Part shown: piece by piece, positions 38,837 to 52,925 of the stretch | Position numbering within the stretch: position 1 is the stretch's first letter | How the letters are laid out: each line of letters opens with the position of its first letter | Assembly: GCF_001194135.2 (NCBI RefSeq) | Contig: NC_068983.1 | Span: 98,754,927 to 98,818,926 of the forward strand | Origin: Octopus bimaculoides | Taxonomy: Eukaryota | DNA: 64,000 nt | Direction: 5' to 3' | The notes under the pieces: model-generated | The model's database searches: none | What the model saw: the letters and a program-made list of their open reading frames with translations, nothing else | Told to the model about the DNA's origin: nothing | Translations under genes and position numbers: made by a program

Positions 38837-39316
38837 TTATTTGATAAACACAATATATGTTTTTATGTGTTACTATTAGTTTCATAGGCTGAGAACATGC
38901 CAAACATTGTTTTATAACATGTCTGGTGTCCCAGCACAATCATCTGACACTGCCCACATAGCACAACGAATTAAAAATGGGGTGAGGGAAAAAAAAGGGG
39001 AAAATGAATTTGCTGTAAAAAGCCCAGTAGAAAGCTAATAGTAGCACAAAATAACATACTGTGTTTATAAAATGATATTTATCTCTCACCAGATGGAGTA
39101 CTTTTTTTTTTGTTGGTCTTACCATTATGGAACATTACACTATATACCTCTGCACTTGGCTTTCTAAAGCAAATTCATTCTCACTTTTCTCTAACCCTAT
39201 TTTTAGTTTATGCCATAAGGGCAGTGCCTGATGATTGTGCTGGGACACCAGACATGTTATAAAACATATGAAACTAATAGTAGTACATAAAAACATATAT
39301 TCTGTTTATTAAATAA
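38837..39316. mobile_element. Fold-back element with long inverted arms
   Basis: Imperfect arms of about 170-190 bp, including a perfect 37-bp inverted match (38908-38944 / 39230-39266). Confidence 0.7.
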
Positions 39317-39553
39317 CTATATATATATAAAATGCAGAATTTTCATGTGATTCTTGCGTAGTCATGTACCAATAAGAAAAAAAAAAATAAATAACTTGAT
39401 TAATTCTGAAAAGAAAGAGAAAATTACCAGAATAACCATTTTTGTAAAAATGTATTAAAAATGGTGAAGTTCTTAATTGAGCTGCAATACATTGAAGTTA
39501 AAAGTGAAGATTGTTTGAAGAAAACTTTCTTTTCCCTCTCAGATATATGAAAA

Positions 39554-39590
<37 letters not shown>

Positions 39591-39597
39591 CACTTAC

Positions 39598-39709
39598 AGG
39601 ATTGGAAGAGGCATCGTGCAAAGCAGTGAATATTTTAGTGATACATCCATGGGCTCGTAAATGCATCCGAAATGCAGGCATGGTACATTTGGAAGCAATT
39701 CCAAATGCG
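39598..39709 (-). CDS. WAPL: WAPL exon A (most 5' found): (S)AFGIASKCTMPAFRMHLRAHGCITKIFTALHDASSNP
   Basis: Acceptor ttattacag, donor GTAAGT; 112 nt, phase 2 to 0. Matches recalled human WAPL LATKCAMPSFRMHLRAHG. Confidence 0.93.
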
Positions 39710-40059
39710 CTGTAATAAAAGAAATATAAAACAAAATATAGAATATGCAATATAATAATAAATTACAGAACAACATCTGAGATCAAAGGCATGAATTAGA
39801 AGCATTTCTTCTGGAAATCAATAAAATTGAATATCAGCGATATTTTGATAATATTAGAGGGTAAATGTAAGTAGTGAGTGGAAATAGTTGAACAAATTCT
39901 GGTTGTCTATTTGAGAAAAAAGAAAAAAAACCCAAAAAAACTAATGCCAAGAGAAGGTTTACAAATGGGACCCAAATATTCTGCTTCTGCTTTTTGTAGT
40001 TACCCGTTTACCATAGTTTGTACCAGATCTCTCCCTCATACCTCTTCCACCATACCCCT

Positions 40060-40315
40060 CCCTGAGTACAATTTCCACCTCATCTACCACTCAGTTGTTA
40101 CCACTATCTCAACCCTTCTGTAATTTTCATTACATCTACCTCTTGTTATTTTCCACTACATCATCCCCTCAATACAGTTTCCACTACAACCACCCCTTGC
40201 TGTTTTCCACTATATCATCCCTTGCACCAGAAGTTTCCACCAGACCTCTCCTTCAGTACAGTTTCCACTACATCTACCCTTCAGTAGCTTCCACCATATC
40301 ATCTCTTCAGTATAA
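40060..40315. repeat. Degenerate minisatellite (core TTTCCACTACATC)
   Basis: Core recurs roughly every 25-30 bp. Confidence 0.65.
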
Positions 40316-41325
40316 TTGATTATGCATTATCTCATAGCTTCGAGATTTCAATGATATTGTTTATTTTTAGAATGACATTGTTGGGAAGGTGAGAGGGACT
40401 GGATCTGGCCAGTTTGAACATAAAACATGTAAAATATTTCGGTCGGATATGGCCAGTTTAAATGTGAAAGGGTTAAAATCCTTGATACCCTACACAATAT
40501 TCCTGGTACACAACATTGTATTACCCCTAATATACTTGTATTCCAGATACTTCTGATATCTAGTTAGTATTGTCATTGATACCTAGGATGTCATGTGATA
40601 TCCTAGATCTTAGATACCTCACATATATCTGATATACTCTGTAACTGGTTTCAGTCACTGGATTAAGGTCATGCTGGGGCATTGCATTGAAAAGTTTAAC
40701 TGACCTCATTGGGGAAGGTAAACAAATCAACACAAAGACAAGCTAGTAGGAGAGACAAACACGTACATACACATGCTTGCAGGCACATGCACACACACAC
40801 AGTTTTTACATATCAAATGTGTTCACGTGACATTTGCCAACCTGTTGCTACAGTAAAATATAGCAAAAGACTCTTGCTAGAGATTTTATTAAGGAGATGA
40901 ATTGAACCCAAAACCAATTACTTTCTAAGTGGAGTTCTCAACTACTCAGACAAGTCTGCATCAATTGCTATGGGGATTAATATATCTGATAGCACAAAAG
41001 TAATATTCTTGATATGACACAGTAATATCTTTGAACTCATTCTGCTAGTTAAAATCCTTGATGATGTACAGTGACATTGCCTGATACCTCTCTTACACAG
41101 TAACATCTGTTAAAAACCATCTAGTTCATATCAAAGACACCCCCCCCCCCGGCATGATAATTCTGATACACCACACAAAAATATGTCTGATATCACCTCG
41201 ATAAGACCCCTTTCATTCCCAAATACTGATAGCAATGATATTCTTGTTCATTATCCTGCTTCCTAAATGAGGATAGCCCAGATATTTTAAACTAAGACTA
41301 TCAGTATCATTCAGCTAATAATATC

Positions 41326-41328
<3 letters not shown>

Positions 41329-41388
<60 letters not shown>
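41329..41388. repeat. (GA)n microsatellite
   Basis: Pure dinucleotide run. Confidence 0.97.
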
Positions 41389-41391
<3 letters not shown>

Positions 41392-43423
41392 TTGCCTACT
41401 GATAAACTTGGGAAATCATACTGTATACTAAAGAATTAAAAATAAAGTGTTGAAGGAGATAACTGATTACATGATATCAAGTAATTTACTGTTATTGTAC
41501 AAGTAAAAAGTACTATTTTACTGTTTATTTTACTAGTTTGAAAGATAAATAAATATTTTATCTCAACAATTAAGCTCTGATCACAGGATAAACTAAGTTT
41601 TCAAACTTAAATGGGTTAACTAATATATATATATATATATATCTTTGATATCTCTTGTTAAAATCTTTAACATTTGCAAATGCTGGGTTTTTTTAATATC
41701 ATTTAGTTACTGTATCATTTTACCATGTTATTGACAAAACTGCAGTCAAGTAACACGATATCATCTGCTTCTTGACATCCTTAACCCATCAACATTTAAA
41801 ACTGGCCATATCTGGCCCAGATAATCTACCTGTTTTATGTTTAAACTGGCTAGATCTTTCACACCTACTCTAAAATGTTATTTCAAAAATAAACAATCGC
41901 ATCACTGAAATCTTGAAGCTGCAAGATTAATGCATGATTAATTCAAAACAATCTGAATAAATAAACACTACACTTAATAGAATAATCTGAAAGCTAGAGG
42001 GTTAAGATAAAAACTATGAGTGATACAACTGAACGGAAGAAAGAGACAGTCACATAACCAATATATCATCTATTAAATGTCTTTCTGGCAGATGTTTATA
42101 CCCATTATGCTGTACCTGTCTACTGATAAAAGTTATTAAACACTGATTCACGTTTCTATTTCCTTATTAACCTTAATTGTAACAATCAAGACACTAATTT
42201 TGACCATTTTTATGTGTTAGGTAGAAAGGAGCAATACCTCTGACCTATGGAGCCTTCCTCTATACCCTGCAACACAAATGAGATTGATCCTGCATTTATA
42301 TTCATCTTCAACATTTGTAAATTAATGTCTGCTGAAAAAATATAGGTGTGGTGTGGTGGTGGTGGTGGTGGTGGAAAGAATTCTATTCCAGAGGGTTAAT
42401 GTTAAGGGGAGGAAGGATTGGTAAGTGATGGTTTGAGATGGCAAAAGGAGAAAAGATTGATGTGTTTAGTGGGACAAGGCAGAAGTGATAGACAACTAGC
42501 CAGTTCAGGAAAACAGTAACTATAGTAGTAGCAGTGGTGGTGGTGGTGGTAGTAGTAGTAGTAGTAAAAGCAGGGGCAGCAGTGGTGGTAGTGGTGATGG
42601 AAGAGGCAGCTTGAAAAGTAAACAATTATTTAAGCTATAATGAATTATTTCTTAATTTAATATTACCACAGACATCTGCCAAAATCTAAGATAATTCATT
42701 CATTGTTGTTTGGTTTTAAGAAGCCTCTAGCCTCTACCACATCTAAACAAGGTTGGTGGAGAAGAAAGACTGGAGCTAGAAATGACATCTTTTACTTAGA
42801 TTTAGAAAAGAGCTTAAAAAGGAGGGGGTGGGGGGCAAAAGCAGCTGCAAATTTAAACAGGCTTCAATGATGATTGATCAAACTAAGTGCAGATAGGTGT
42901 GTAAATTAGCTGACCTGAGCAATAATAGGTTAGATAGCAGGAAACAGAGGAGAGCTAGGCCTATAAATAGACACTAAACATATGTGTCAATGGGAGGGAG
43001 AGAGGGTGATGGTGTGGCAGCGAATGTATATAGAGGTGCGTGGGGGGGGGGAAGAGATGAAGCTATATTTATAAAAGATGGCTTGCTATTTATAATCATT
43101 GAAAGAAATGAAATATCTAAGAGTACATGAGAGAGATGAATAAAACTTGTGAGACAGGAAACTGAACTGAAATAGGTTGTTGATTCTGTGTAAAGGAAAC
43201 TGAAATCTAGTGGGAATGGGTGGGGGAGGAGGAGCCATTAGAACATTCTCTGATATCTTCTTTTCTTTTTCTTGTGTGTGTGTGTGTGTGTATGTGTGGG
43301 AGCGTTTACTAATTTGTCTAAAACAAATAGCATTTGAAGGAGAATTAGTTAAAACCCTGTCACTGTTTTCTGACTACATAAACCCCAATCAAGTGACAAG
43401 ATTTTCTCAAATCCTTGGAAAGA

Positions 43424-43469
<46 letters not shown>

Positions 43470-45544
43470 CGAAGATGTACTTGCATAGCAAGTGACCTGA
43501 TCTGAGATCATGTGCTGAAACAAAAACAATTGCAAAACAAAAACCGTTCGATTCACTTCAACATTTAAATTTAATTTGCCAAAATATTTTCGTTGCTTTG
43601 AGATCGCGACCTGATCACTGACAAAATTCCGTGCTGCATCTGAGAAAGTAACAATCCATGATATATATATATCGTACGTACGTATGTATATATGTACATA
43701 TGTATGTATGTGAGTATTTAGGTGTGTAGACGTGTCTGTGTGTACGTACATGTGAACGTATGTTTATGTGCTGATGTGTCTGTTCAAGTTGTATACATGA
43801 CTTACTTCGTAGAAGGTTGTATACACACACACACACATATACATGTGTGCGTGTGTCCCTCTCACCACCGTCTAACGGTGAATGGATACAATGTCTTAGA
43901 TACATAAATGCAACTTCTGTTTTCCTTGCTGGTATGGGTTGGACAGTTTGATAAGTTTTGGTGAACTACAAGGCTGCACCGACAATAGGCTTTGGCATGT
44001 TTTCTATGGCTGGGCATCCTTCTCCAATGTTAACCACTCTACAATGTGTACTGGATGCCTTTTGTCAGGTAACTTGTAAGGGAGGAAAAGATCAAAGAAA
44101 GGAAAAAAGAAAAAAAAAAGCCCCCTTCCAACTAAGTGTGTGTGAGGAGTATTTAAAAGGGGTGTGTTGCATTTGTGCATATAGACATACACATAAGTAT
44201 GATAAACGCATAGAAACATACATACTTATGTACCTCTTTTTTCTTCACATTTTTATTTAACCCAAAGAAGCTTTGTAATGCATAATTTATTTCACTTGTT
44301 TAACACTATTTTCAGAAAACATTAATTCTTTAATGATGAGCTGTTAAAAGCATATATATGCAAATCAGACAATCCAAAACAGAGCTAGCCTTATTTATGA
44401 CAGCTTTGTATAAGCAGCTAACCTATGTTGTTGATTGAGGAAGAGAGCATAGTATGTTATCTCTGAGGAGCAGTAAACAAATCATTAACCAGTCCATCAG
44501 AGACTCCCTCTTTGTGTGTTTTCCATATCAATAACATATTTAACCAAAAGTGAGGTTTTCTAATGTTTAGATTTATTTCAGTTCTTCTGATGTATATATT
44601 GTGCATTATATATCTAATCATTATTTAACATACAAGTTTATTTGAAGCAGATTTTCTACAGCCAGATCCCCTTTGTACCACCAATCCTCACCTGTTCTTT
44701 CAAACTACTGTAAATCAATGAAACTGCTTCAAGTGATGTCAAGACAAGGAGACACTAAAACACACACAAGAGGTTTCTTTTAGTTTCTCAGTACCAAAAT
44801 CCACTCCCAAGGCTTTGGTAGGTCTGAGGCTATAGTATAAGACACTTTGTCCAAGGTGTGAACCCAGTTAGGAAGCAAGCTTTATAACTATAGAGCCATG
44901 CATACATATATGTATTTATACATATGTATATATATACAAATGTGTGTGTGTGTGTATAGCTACATGTATGGCTATGTGGTCCAGAAGTTCATTTCAGAAA
45001 CACGATTGTGGGTTCAAACCTACAGCATGGCACCCAGGTGAGCATTCTACTATTGACTTATGCATTTCAAGTGAATTTGGTTGACAGAATGCATGCATGC
45101 ATGCACACACAAATACACACCCACACGCATGACGTGCACACACACCACACACATACACACACTGAGTCAGGAAGGAAGCACAATGCTTGTGGCCTCTTTA
45201 CAAGGTCTCTAAGACCCGATAAACAGGACATAGTTGTCCTGAAACTAAACACATCCAAGGGTCAAGTGGTGATGATATTAAACCAGGTAACATATTAAAT
45301 CTACCACTTAACTAGAATAGTTGTTATCACCATGTAACAGGTTAAAGTTGCACATGTGAAAAATGGGAAATAATTAAATAACTTCTATTTATGATTAAAT
45401 TTTGGCCTGCTTGAAAACAAAGAATTATTTAAATTGTCTTGACTAAGTGGTTAAAATGAGTTAGCTGAGAGAGGAACCAATAAACAGAAACTGTGCTTCC
45501 ATACATGTTTATAACTAATGAAAATATCAATGGCAAGTGAAATT

Positions 45545-45602
45545 TATCTATCTATCAACCTATCAACCTATCTATCTATCTATCTATCTATCTATCAACC
45601 TT

Positions 45603-45644
<42 letters not shown>

Positions 45645-45645
45645 A
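45545..45645. repeat. (TATC)n microsatellite
   Basis: Tetranucleotide run with few interruptions. Confidence 0.95.
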
Positions 45646-46404
45646 ACCAGTCTGTCCATTCATCCATCAATCTAGTTGTGTGTCTAACTAGCTATCTATC
45701 TTATTTATCAATCTAATCTCATGTATATAATTATAAAGCTACCTAATCTGTCTGTGTAACTATCTAATTTAATCTGACTATGCACATACATGTGTGTATG
45801 TGAGAGAGAGAGAGAGACTGATACATACACATATATGCACATGCACACACATACAAATGTCTTAAAATCATTAATAATTAAACTACAATAAAAAAAAAAC
45901 AATTTTTAAACAAACGGCGAACAAAGAGAATGAGACGTAGGCTATTACTGTTGATGTTGGATTGACTGACAGCAGTAGTGATAGTTGTAATGTTGGTGGA
46001 ATTTCTTTGTGGGGACGGAAGAATCGGTGCATTGGTGATATGTTGTCATGGTGATGGTAGTGATGACAACTCTTCTACAATCACCAGAGTCAATGAAACT
46101 CAAAATACTTAATGCTAGCAGATATTTTCATTCACTATTATCGCAATTCTAGAGACTCAAAGAATTTTGAACAAGAGATATGCTCTGAGAATGTGACATC
46201 TTAATCCTCGAGTTTTTGTACCACAGACATTTCGCTTTCTTGCAATACTGAGTTCTAATCTAACTATGGACAAAACTAAAGAAAGAGCCGCTTATATTGT
46301 CACTTGATCAGCTAGAAACAGCAATAAATCTCCCTCAAATTTTAGCTTAACCTCTTAAAAAAAAGAAAAAAAGAAGAGGTACATTAGATAATGTAGTTAT
46401 AAAT

Positions 46405-47014
46405 CTGTGGTTCTCAACCCTTTTTTTGCCTAAGGGCCCCTTTGATTCCTATTTTAATTTAATGGATCTCCATAGCTATTCAATGCTCTCTTTACTCTTT
46501 TATTCTTTTACTTGTTGCAGTCATTTGACTGTGGCCATGCTGGAGCATCGCCTTTAGTCGAGCAAATCGACCCCAGGACTTATTCTTTGGAAACCTAGTA
46601 CTTATTCTATCGGTCTCTTTTGCCGAACTGCTAGGTTACGGGGACGTAAACACACCAGCATCGGTTGTCAAGCGATGTTGGGGGGACAAACATATACACA
46701 CACACACATATATATATACATATATACGACGAGCTTCTTTCAGTTTCCTTCTGCCAAATCCACTCACAAGGCTTTGGTCGGCCCGAGACTATAGTAGAAG
46801 ACACTTGCCCAAGGTGTCACACAGTGGGAATGAACCCAGAACCATGCGGTTGGTAAGCAAGCTACTTACCACACAGCCACTCCTGCATGTATAAAAAAAA
46901 AATCCTAAGGTATTTTTATGATTAAATATTTTGCGTATTGTAAATGTATAAGCAACTTAATACAGATAAATTTTAACAGCAAAATCTTATATGAACCCTG
47001 GTTGAGAAGCACTC
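46405..47014. mobile_element. Second hAT MITE copy interrupted by a SINE
   Basis: Termini CTGTGGTTCTCAACC / GGTTGAGAAGCACTC; TSD TTATAAAT / TTCTAAAT; internal similarity to the 36819 copy; SINE at about 46486-46886. Confidence 0.75.
46486..46886 (-). mobile_element. Dominant SINE family, full-length copy inside a hAT MITE
   Basis: Reverse complement of the family consensus with (CTCTTTTA)-type tail at the left end. Confidence 0.85.
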
Positions 47015-50000
47015 TTCTAAATAAACCTCCCGGTAGGAAAGAGAGGATGACTATGGCTGGCTAAAGAACCTGAAATATTCTTTTTTTTTTTCCCCTACAA
47101 GTGAAAAGAGGAAAATCGTTGGCCTTCTGTTTGCTTGTTTTAGTCATTGAACTGTAGCCATGCTGGGGCACTGCTTTGAAGGGTCTAGTTGAACAAATTG
47201 ACTTCAGTACTTATTCTATCGGTCACTTTTCTTGAACTGCTAAGTTATAAAGATGGGAACAATAAATACCAGTTATCAAGTGATGATGGAGGGACAAACA
47301 CAAAGACACATATACATGTGTGTATGTACACACACACACACACACACACACAGTGTATCAGTTTTTTAGAAGACACCTCTTTCAAAAGCTCTTTCTTCTA
47401 ACTTATTTGTTTTTACCTTATTTTTCAGATAATGTCAGACATGAGGTTGACTCAGCAAATGAAAAGGCACAGCTGAACTGGGTGAGTCAATGTTTCTGCT
47501 TCTGTAATGAAGCAGCCACTGATGCCAACAGCAGATTCTCTGAATAGGTGTGATAAATGAATTCTCAAGATTATTTGTACCAATTTGTTTTCAAATATAA
47601 CTTTTCTTTGATGAGCTAAGCATCTAAATTCATACAAATGACCCCCAAAACCTGATACACTCTGTATAGATATGCACACACATATGGCATGATTCCACAC
47701 ATTAAATGAAAATATGATCAGTCTGTAAGTATCATAGTAACACTACAGAGAAATAAAGATATTTAAATGCAGATGCAGGCATAGCAGTGTACTTAGAGGC
47801 TTGCCTCCCAACCACACCGTTCTGGGTCCAGTCCCACTGTTTGGAACATTGGGCAAGTGTCTTGTACTACAGCTCCAGGCTCAGCAAAGGCTTGTGAGTG
47901 GATTTGGTAGATGGAAACCGAAAGAAGCCTGTCATATATATATCATTGCTATTATGTTAAACTATTGTATGTCCAAATTTGGCCAAATGCATTTTCTTTC
48001 AATATTTATTTTTGCTTGCAATAGCTGGTTCTTTTGGTCAACCTAGCATATCACCAGCTACTTCAGATGCCAATATATCAAAAACTGCCAAAGTGTAGTA
48101 CAACGGTTTTGCTATGAAATGCTGAAACTATTTTTCATTTTCTGAAATAGCAATGCATCATCCTCACCATCACCATCATCATCATTATTTAGCGTTTGCT
48201 TGCTATGCTGGTATGGGTCAGATGGTTTGACTGTAATTGGTAAGACGGAGAGCTGCACCAAGTTCCAGTTGGATTTGGCATGGTTTCTGTGGTTCGATGC
48301 CCTTCCTAACACCAACCACTCCAAGAATGTAATGGGTGCTTTTTACATGCCACTGGCATCAGCCACGACTTGATGACTTACCAAGCACAGCATATTGCCA
48401 AAGGTCCCAGTCACTTGTCATTGCTTCCCTGAGGCCCAACGTTTGAAGGGTGCTTTTTATGTGTCACTGGCATTGGAGCCAGTTATGTGGTACCAGCATT
48501 GGCTACAACTACAATTTGGCTTAATGACTCTTCTCAAGCACGACATATTGACAAAGGTCTCAGTCACTTGTCATCATCTTATACTTGTTTCAGTCATTAG
48601 ACTTCAGCCATCATGGGGCACCACCTTGAAGAACTTTTAGTCGAATGAATCAAAACCAGTACTTGTGTTTTTTAAAGCCTGGTACTTATTCTGTTGGTCA
48701 CTTTTGCCGAAATGCTAAGTTATGGGGCACATAAATACATCGACACTGGTTGTCAAGTGTAGGGTTGGGAAAAACAGAGACACAAACACACACACACACA
48801 GGTACATATAAGTTAGGCTTCTTTCAGTTTCCATCTACCAAATACATTCACAAGGCTTTGGTCAGCCCAAGGTTATTGTGGAAGACATTTGCCCAAGGTG
48901 CCACACAAGGGACTGAACCTGGAACAATGTGATTGGGAAGCAAGCTTCTTACTACACAGCCATGCTGGTATCTATTACATCATTTTTATGAGTTAAGCTG
49001 CACATCTTGGAACGAATTAGCAAACGGAAGTTGAGGTATGCTTGAATTTTGATATCATCACAAACTTTCAAACATCAATGCCTGATTGTTGACATAGTTG
49101 CCATATTTAACCTTTAATATTCTGCTCAGATCACAGTACAAAGTGTATTTTAATTAGATCCTGTCTACTGCAGGCAATAGCTATGGTGTAGATGTGTGGT
49201 GGTGGGGAGAGTAGTATAAGAGTTACTGGCTAGGAGGACTGGAAGGAAAAGAAAACACAGCGGGGGATGGGGGGTGCCATCCAAGACAAATGAAAAGTGG
49301 AAGGAGGGGGATATACAGAGACAAAGGAATATTATTGAGAACATCTGTAAGATGTTATCTAAAATAATGTTCTGCAATCAACAAATATAATTAGAGATGC
49401 AGATGATGATGATGATGATGGTAATAATAACAATGAAAACCATGGTGATTTCTTCTTCTTCTACCACCACCACCACCACTACCACGACAACAACAACAAT
49501 AACAATACTGCATTGTCATCACTGTCATCATCATCATCGTAAGAAGCTTCAGCACTAATTAGCACAGGTTGAATGAAATACAGACAAAGCTTGAGAGCAC
49601 TGTGAATATATGAAAGACTTGCCAGCCAGAGTTGCTGAAGGCAGAAGAAGAATTAAAGCTAAATGTCATGAGAGAGGGAGATGGGTGTTCAGGTAATGAC
49701 ATCATTTTGATGAAATCTGGCAGGAATAAATATAAGAATACCTTACATTCAAATAAGATATTGACTTTAGTAGGATTTTAATATCACTGTGTTTCTATCA
49801 TTCACCTCTTTCTTCTATTCTTTATTATGTTTTCTATCTTGGCACTTTGAGGTCTTCAGGAGACTACATGTACTTTGGAATTAAAATTTTTTTTTTTTCT
49901 TTTCCATCTTAGAGTATGAATCCCATTGTTTTTATAATTCTGAGAAACTAAGACTGCTGTTAGGTTTACATTACAGCCTATTAAATATCAGATTTACAAT

Positions 50001-50653
50001 AATTCAGCAATTTATATTTCACTTCTAGTGCTTGTACTGAAGGTACTTCTTCAGTAATGTAGCCTCTACATACCTATTCAACCTGCTAGAAATAGCAGAC
50101 AAAAATCTCTCTCAAATTACCTCCTATTGTCTTAACCCATTAGCATTCAGATTACTGTCAAATCTAATGCTTACTTGTTCATATTGTTTTGAGTTAGTCA
50201 TACATTATCTTGTAGCTTCAAGATTTCAATGCTGTGATTGTTTATTTTTAGAATGGCATTATGGAGTAGGTGTGAGAGGCCTGATCTGGCCGGTTTGAAT
50301 GTAAAACAGGTAGAATATGGCCAGACATGGCCAGTTTAAATGTTAAAGGTTTAAAGAAAAGATGACAAACAGTGGTCTTTGATACATTATGACATAAAAA
50401 AAAAACAAAAACAAAAAAGTACAGGTTTGTCATAGGTGGAACACCTTTACCTGTTTCAGTCATTTAACTGTGGCCATGCTGAAGCATTGCCTTAAAGGGT
50501 TATAGTTGAAAAAATCGATCCCAAGACTTATTCTTTGTAAGCCTAGTACTGATTCTATTGGTCTCTTTTGCCACACTGCTAAGTTACAGGAACATAAACA
50601 CACCAGTATCAGTTGTTAAGCAATGGTTGGGGGACAAACACAGACACACACAA

Positions 50654-50712
<59 letters not shown>

Positions 50713-52186
50713 TATATATATATATTTTTTCAGGTTAGTGAAGGTGAAAGGTGGTGAATTATATTTTATTGGAGCAAATACTTCTTTCAAATACAAACCA
50801 ATTGACCATAGTGTTAGAAGTGAAAACTGAAGCTGTGGACCTTGCAAGTGGACCTGGTAGATTAAGACTGAGGAATGCCCATCATGTGTGTGTGTGTGTG
50901 TGTGTGTTTTAGTGTCTCCTTGCCTTGGCATTGCATGATAGCTGTGAATGACTGTCACTGTCAGGTAAGCGATGTCCTTTGTTTCCATTCTTGCATGCAA
51001 ACATGCCTGGTCATGGGGAAATATCATCATTATCGTTTAATGTCCAATTTCCATGCTGACATGGGTTGGCCAGGCAGAAGACTGCACCAAACTTCTGTGT
51101 CTGTTTTGGCATGTTTTTTACAGCTGGATGCCCTTCCTAACACCAACCACCTGGCACTGAGTGCATTTTACGTGGCAAATGCAAGGTCAGTTTTGGCATG
51201 GTTTCTACAGCTGGATGCCATTCTAAACATGCACACATACATACACATGTATGCTAACATACATGCATATGTATACATGCATGCATATATACACGTGTAG
51301 TACACTCATACACACATATACAGATGAAATAAATCGACAAAATAAAGAGCAGAGATGCTTTTCCCCAAGAAAAACTGCAGGAGCTATATGATGAAGATGA
51401 TGATGATCAAAGCTGATCTGAGACTAAACAGCAATAACAACAAAACTGGTGCAAGTATGGAATTAAGAAATAAAAGAGAAGGTCTTTAGATGGCAGCTTG
51501 ACCAACTAGAAAAGCAACCAAATTCCTTGAAATTATACCTTATTATCTTAAAAAAAAAAAAAGAAAAATCACATACTCTATGAAGATAAGAGAGTTACAA
51601 ATAAAATAAATAAAATGTTTTTATCATGGGCCTGCAGGAACAGAGTTAAAACCAAGATTTAAACATTAGTAAAAAAAAAAAAAAAAAAAAAAAAAANNNN
51701 NNNNNNNNNNNNNNNNNNNNNNNNNNNNNNNNNNNNNNNNNNNNNNNNNNNNNNNNNNNNNNNNNNNNNNNNNNNNNNNNNNNNNNNNNNNNNNNNNNNN
51801 NNNNNNNNNNNNNAAATTAACCTTTAATCATTTCAACTGGTCACATCTGACTCAAATGTTCTACTGATTTTATGTTGAAACTGGCCAGATCTAGTCTCTA
51901 ACACCTACTCTACAATGTCTTTCTAAAAATAAGCTCACACATCATTGAAATCTCGAAGCTACGAGATAGTACATGATTAATTCAAAACAAATGTGAATAA
52001 ATAAGTCTAACATTTGATAGGGTAATCTGAATGCTAAAGGGTTAACAAAAGAAAAAAAGGAAATAAGAAAAAAAGAAAAAGAAATTCTGAATTTTTAATG
52101 CAACTGTATTCTTATAGACATATTTACTTTACTTCTTTATTACCATTTATTCAACTGTAAAGAGTGATTGTGAATACATGCCAAGA

Positions 52187-52223
<37 letters not shown>

Positions 52224-52925
52224 TACAGCACATTTCAAAATGAGATTTGGTAGTTAAGATATTTTCTGCAACTGATAGATATATTATGTTCAAAAATCAA
52301 AACGGTTTGTTACAACAGAATCAGGTTTATAGGGCAAGTTCATATAGAAAGAAAGGAGTTATACAATATAATCAAACTAAATCTACATAATTTTCTTCTA
52401 CTACACTCAATTTTTACTTATCTTCATATCTCTTATTGTAGATAAACATTTGGAAAATTACCCATAATAATTCTGTCATTTACATCTGTAATGTATTTCA
52501 GATTTGATTGCCAATAAATTTAACATAGTGTTTTTAGGTTAGAAGCAGACTTTTTCCAATTACAGTCTCTCTTTTACATCTCTTTTTCTCTATTGAGATA
52601 TGTTGAAATGACAACATCAATGCCCTCCTCACCCGACTGTCCAGTCATTACACTGCAGTTGTTGTTGCTGCTCACAACCGCATCTACACTATCAAATATG
52701 TATAATAGCATACAGCTACCTCTCCATCCACTATATATATATATTGATATATATACATACATATACACACACACGCACATACATATAAAGACTGATATAC
52801 ATATGCATACACACTCATACCATCCATCCATTCTCTCACTTGCTCTCTCTCTTTCTCTTTCACTCTCCCTCCCACCTCTCTCTCTCTCTCTATGTGTGAT
52901 GTGTGTGTGTGTGTAGGTGTGTGTA

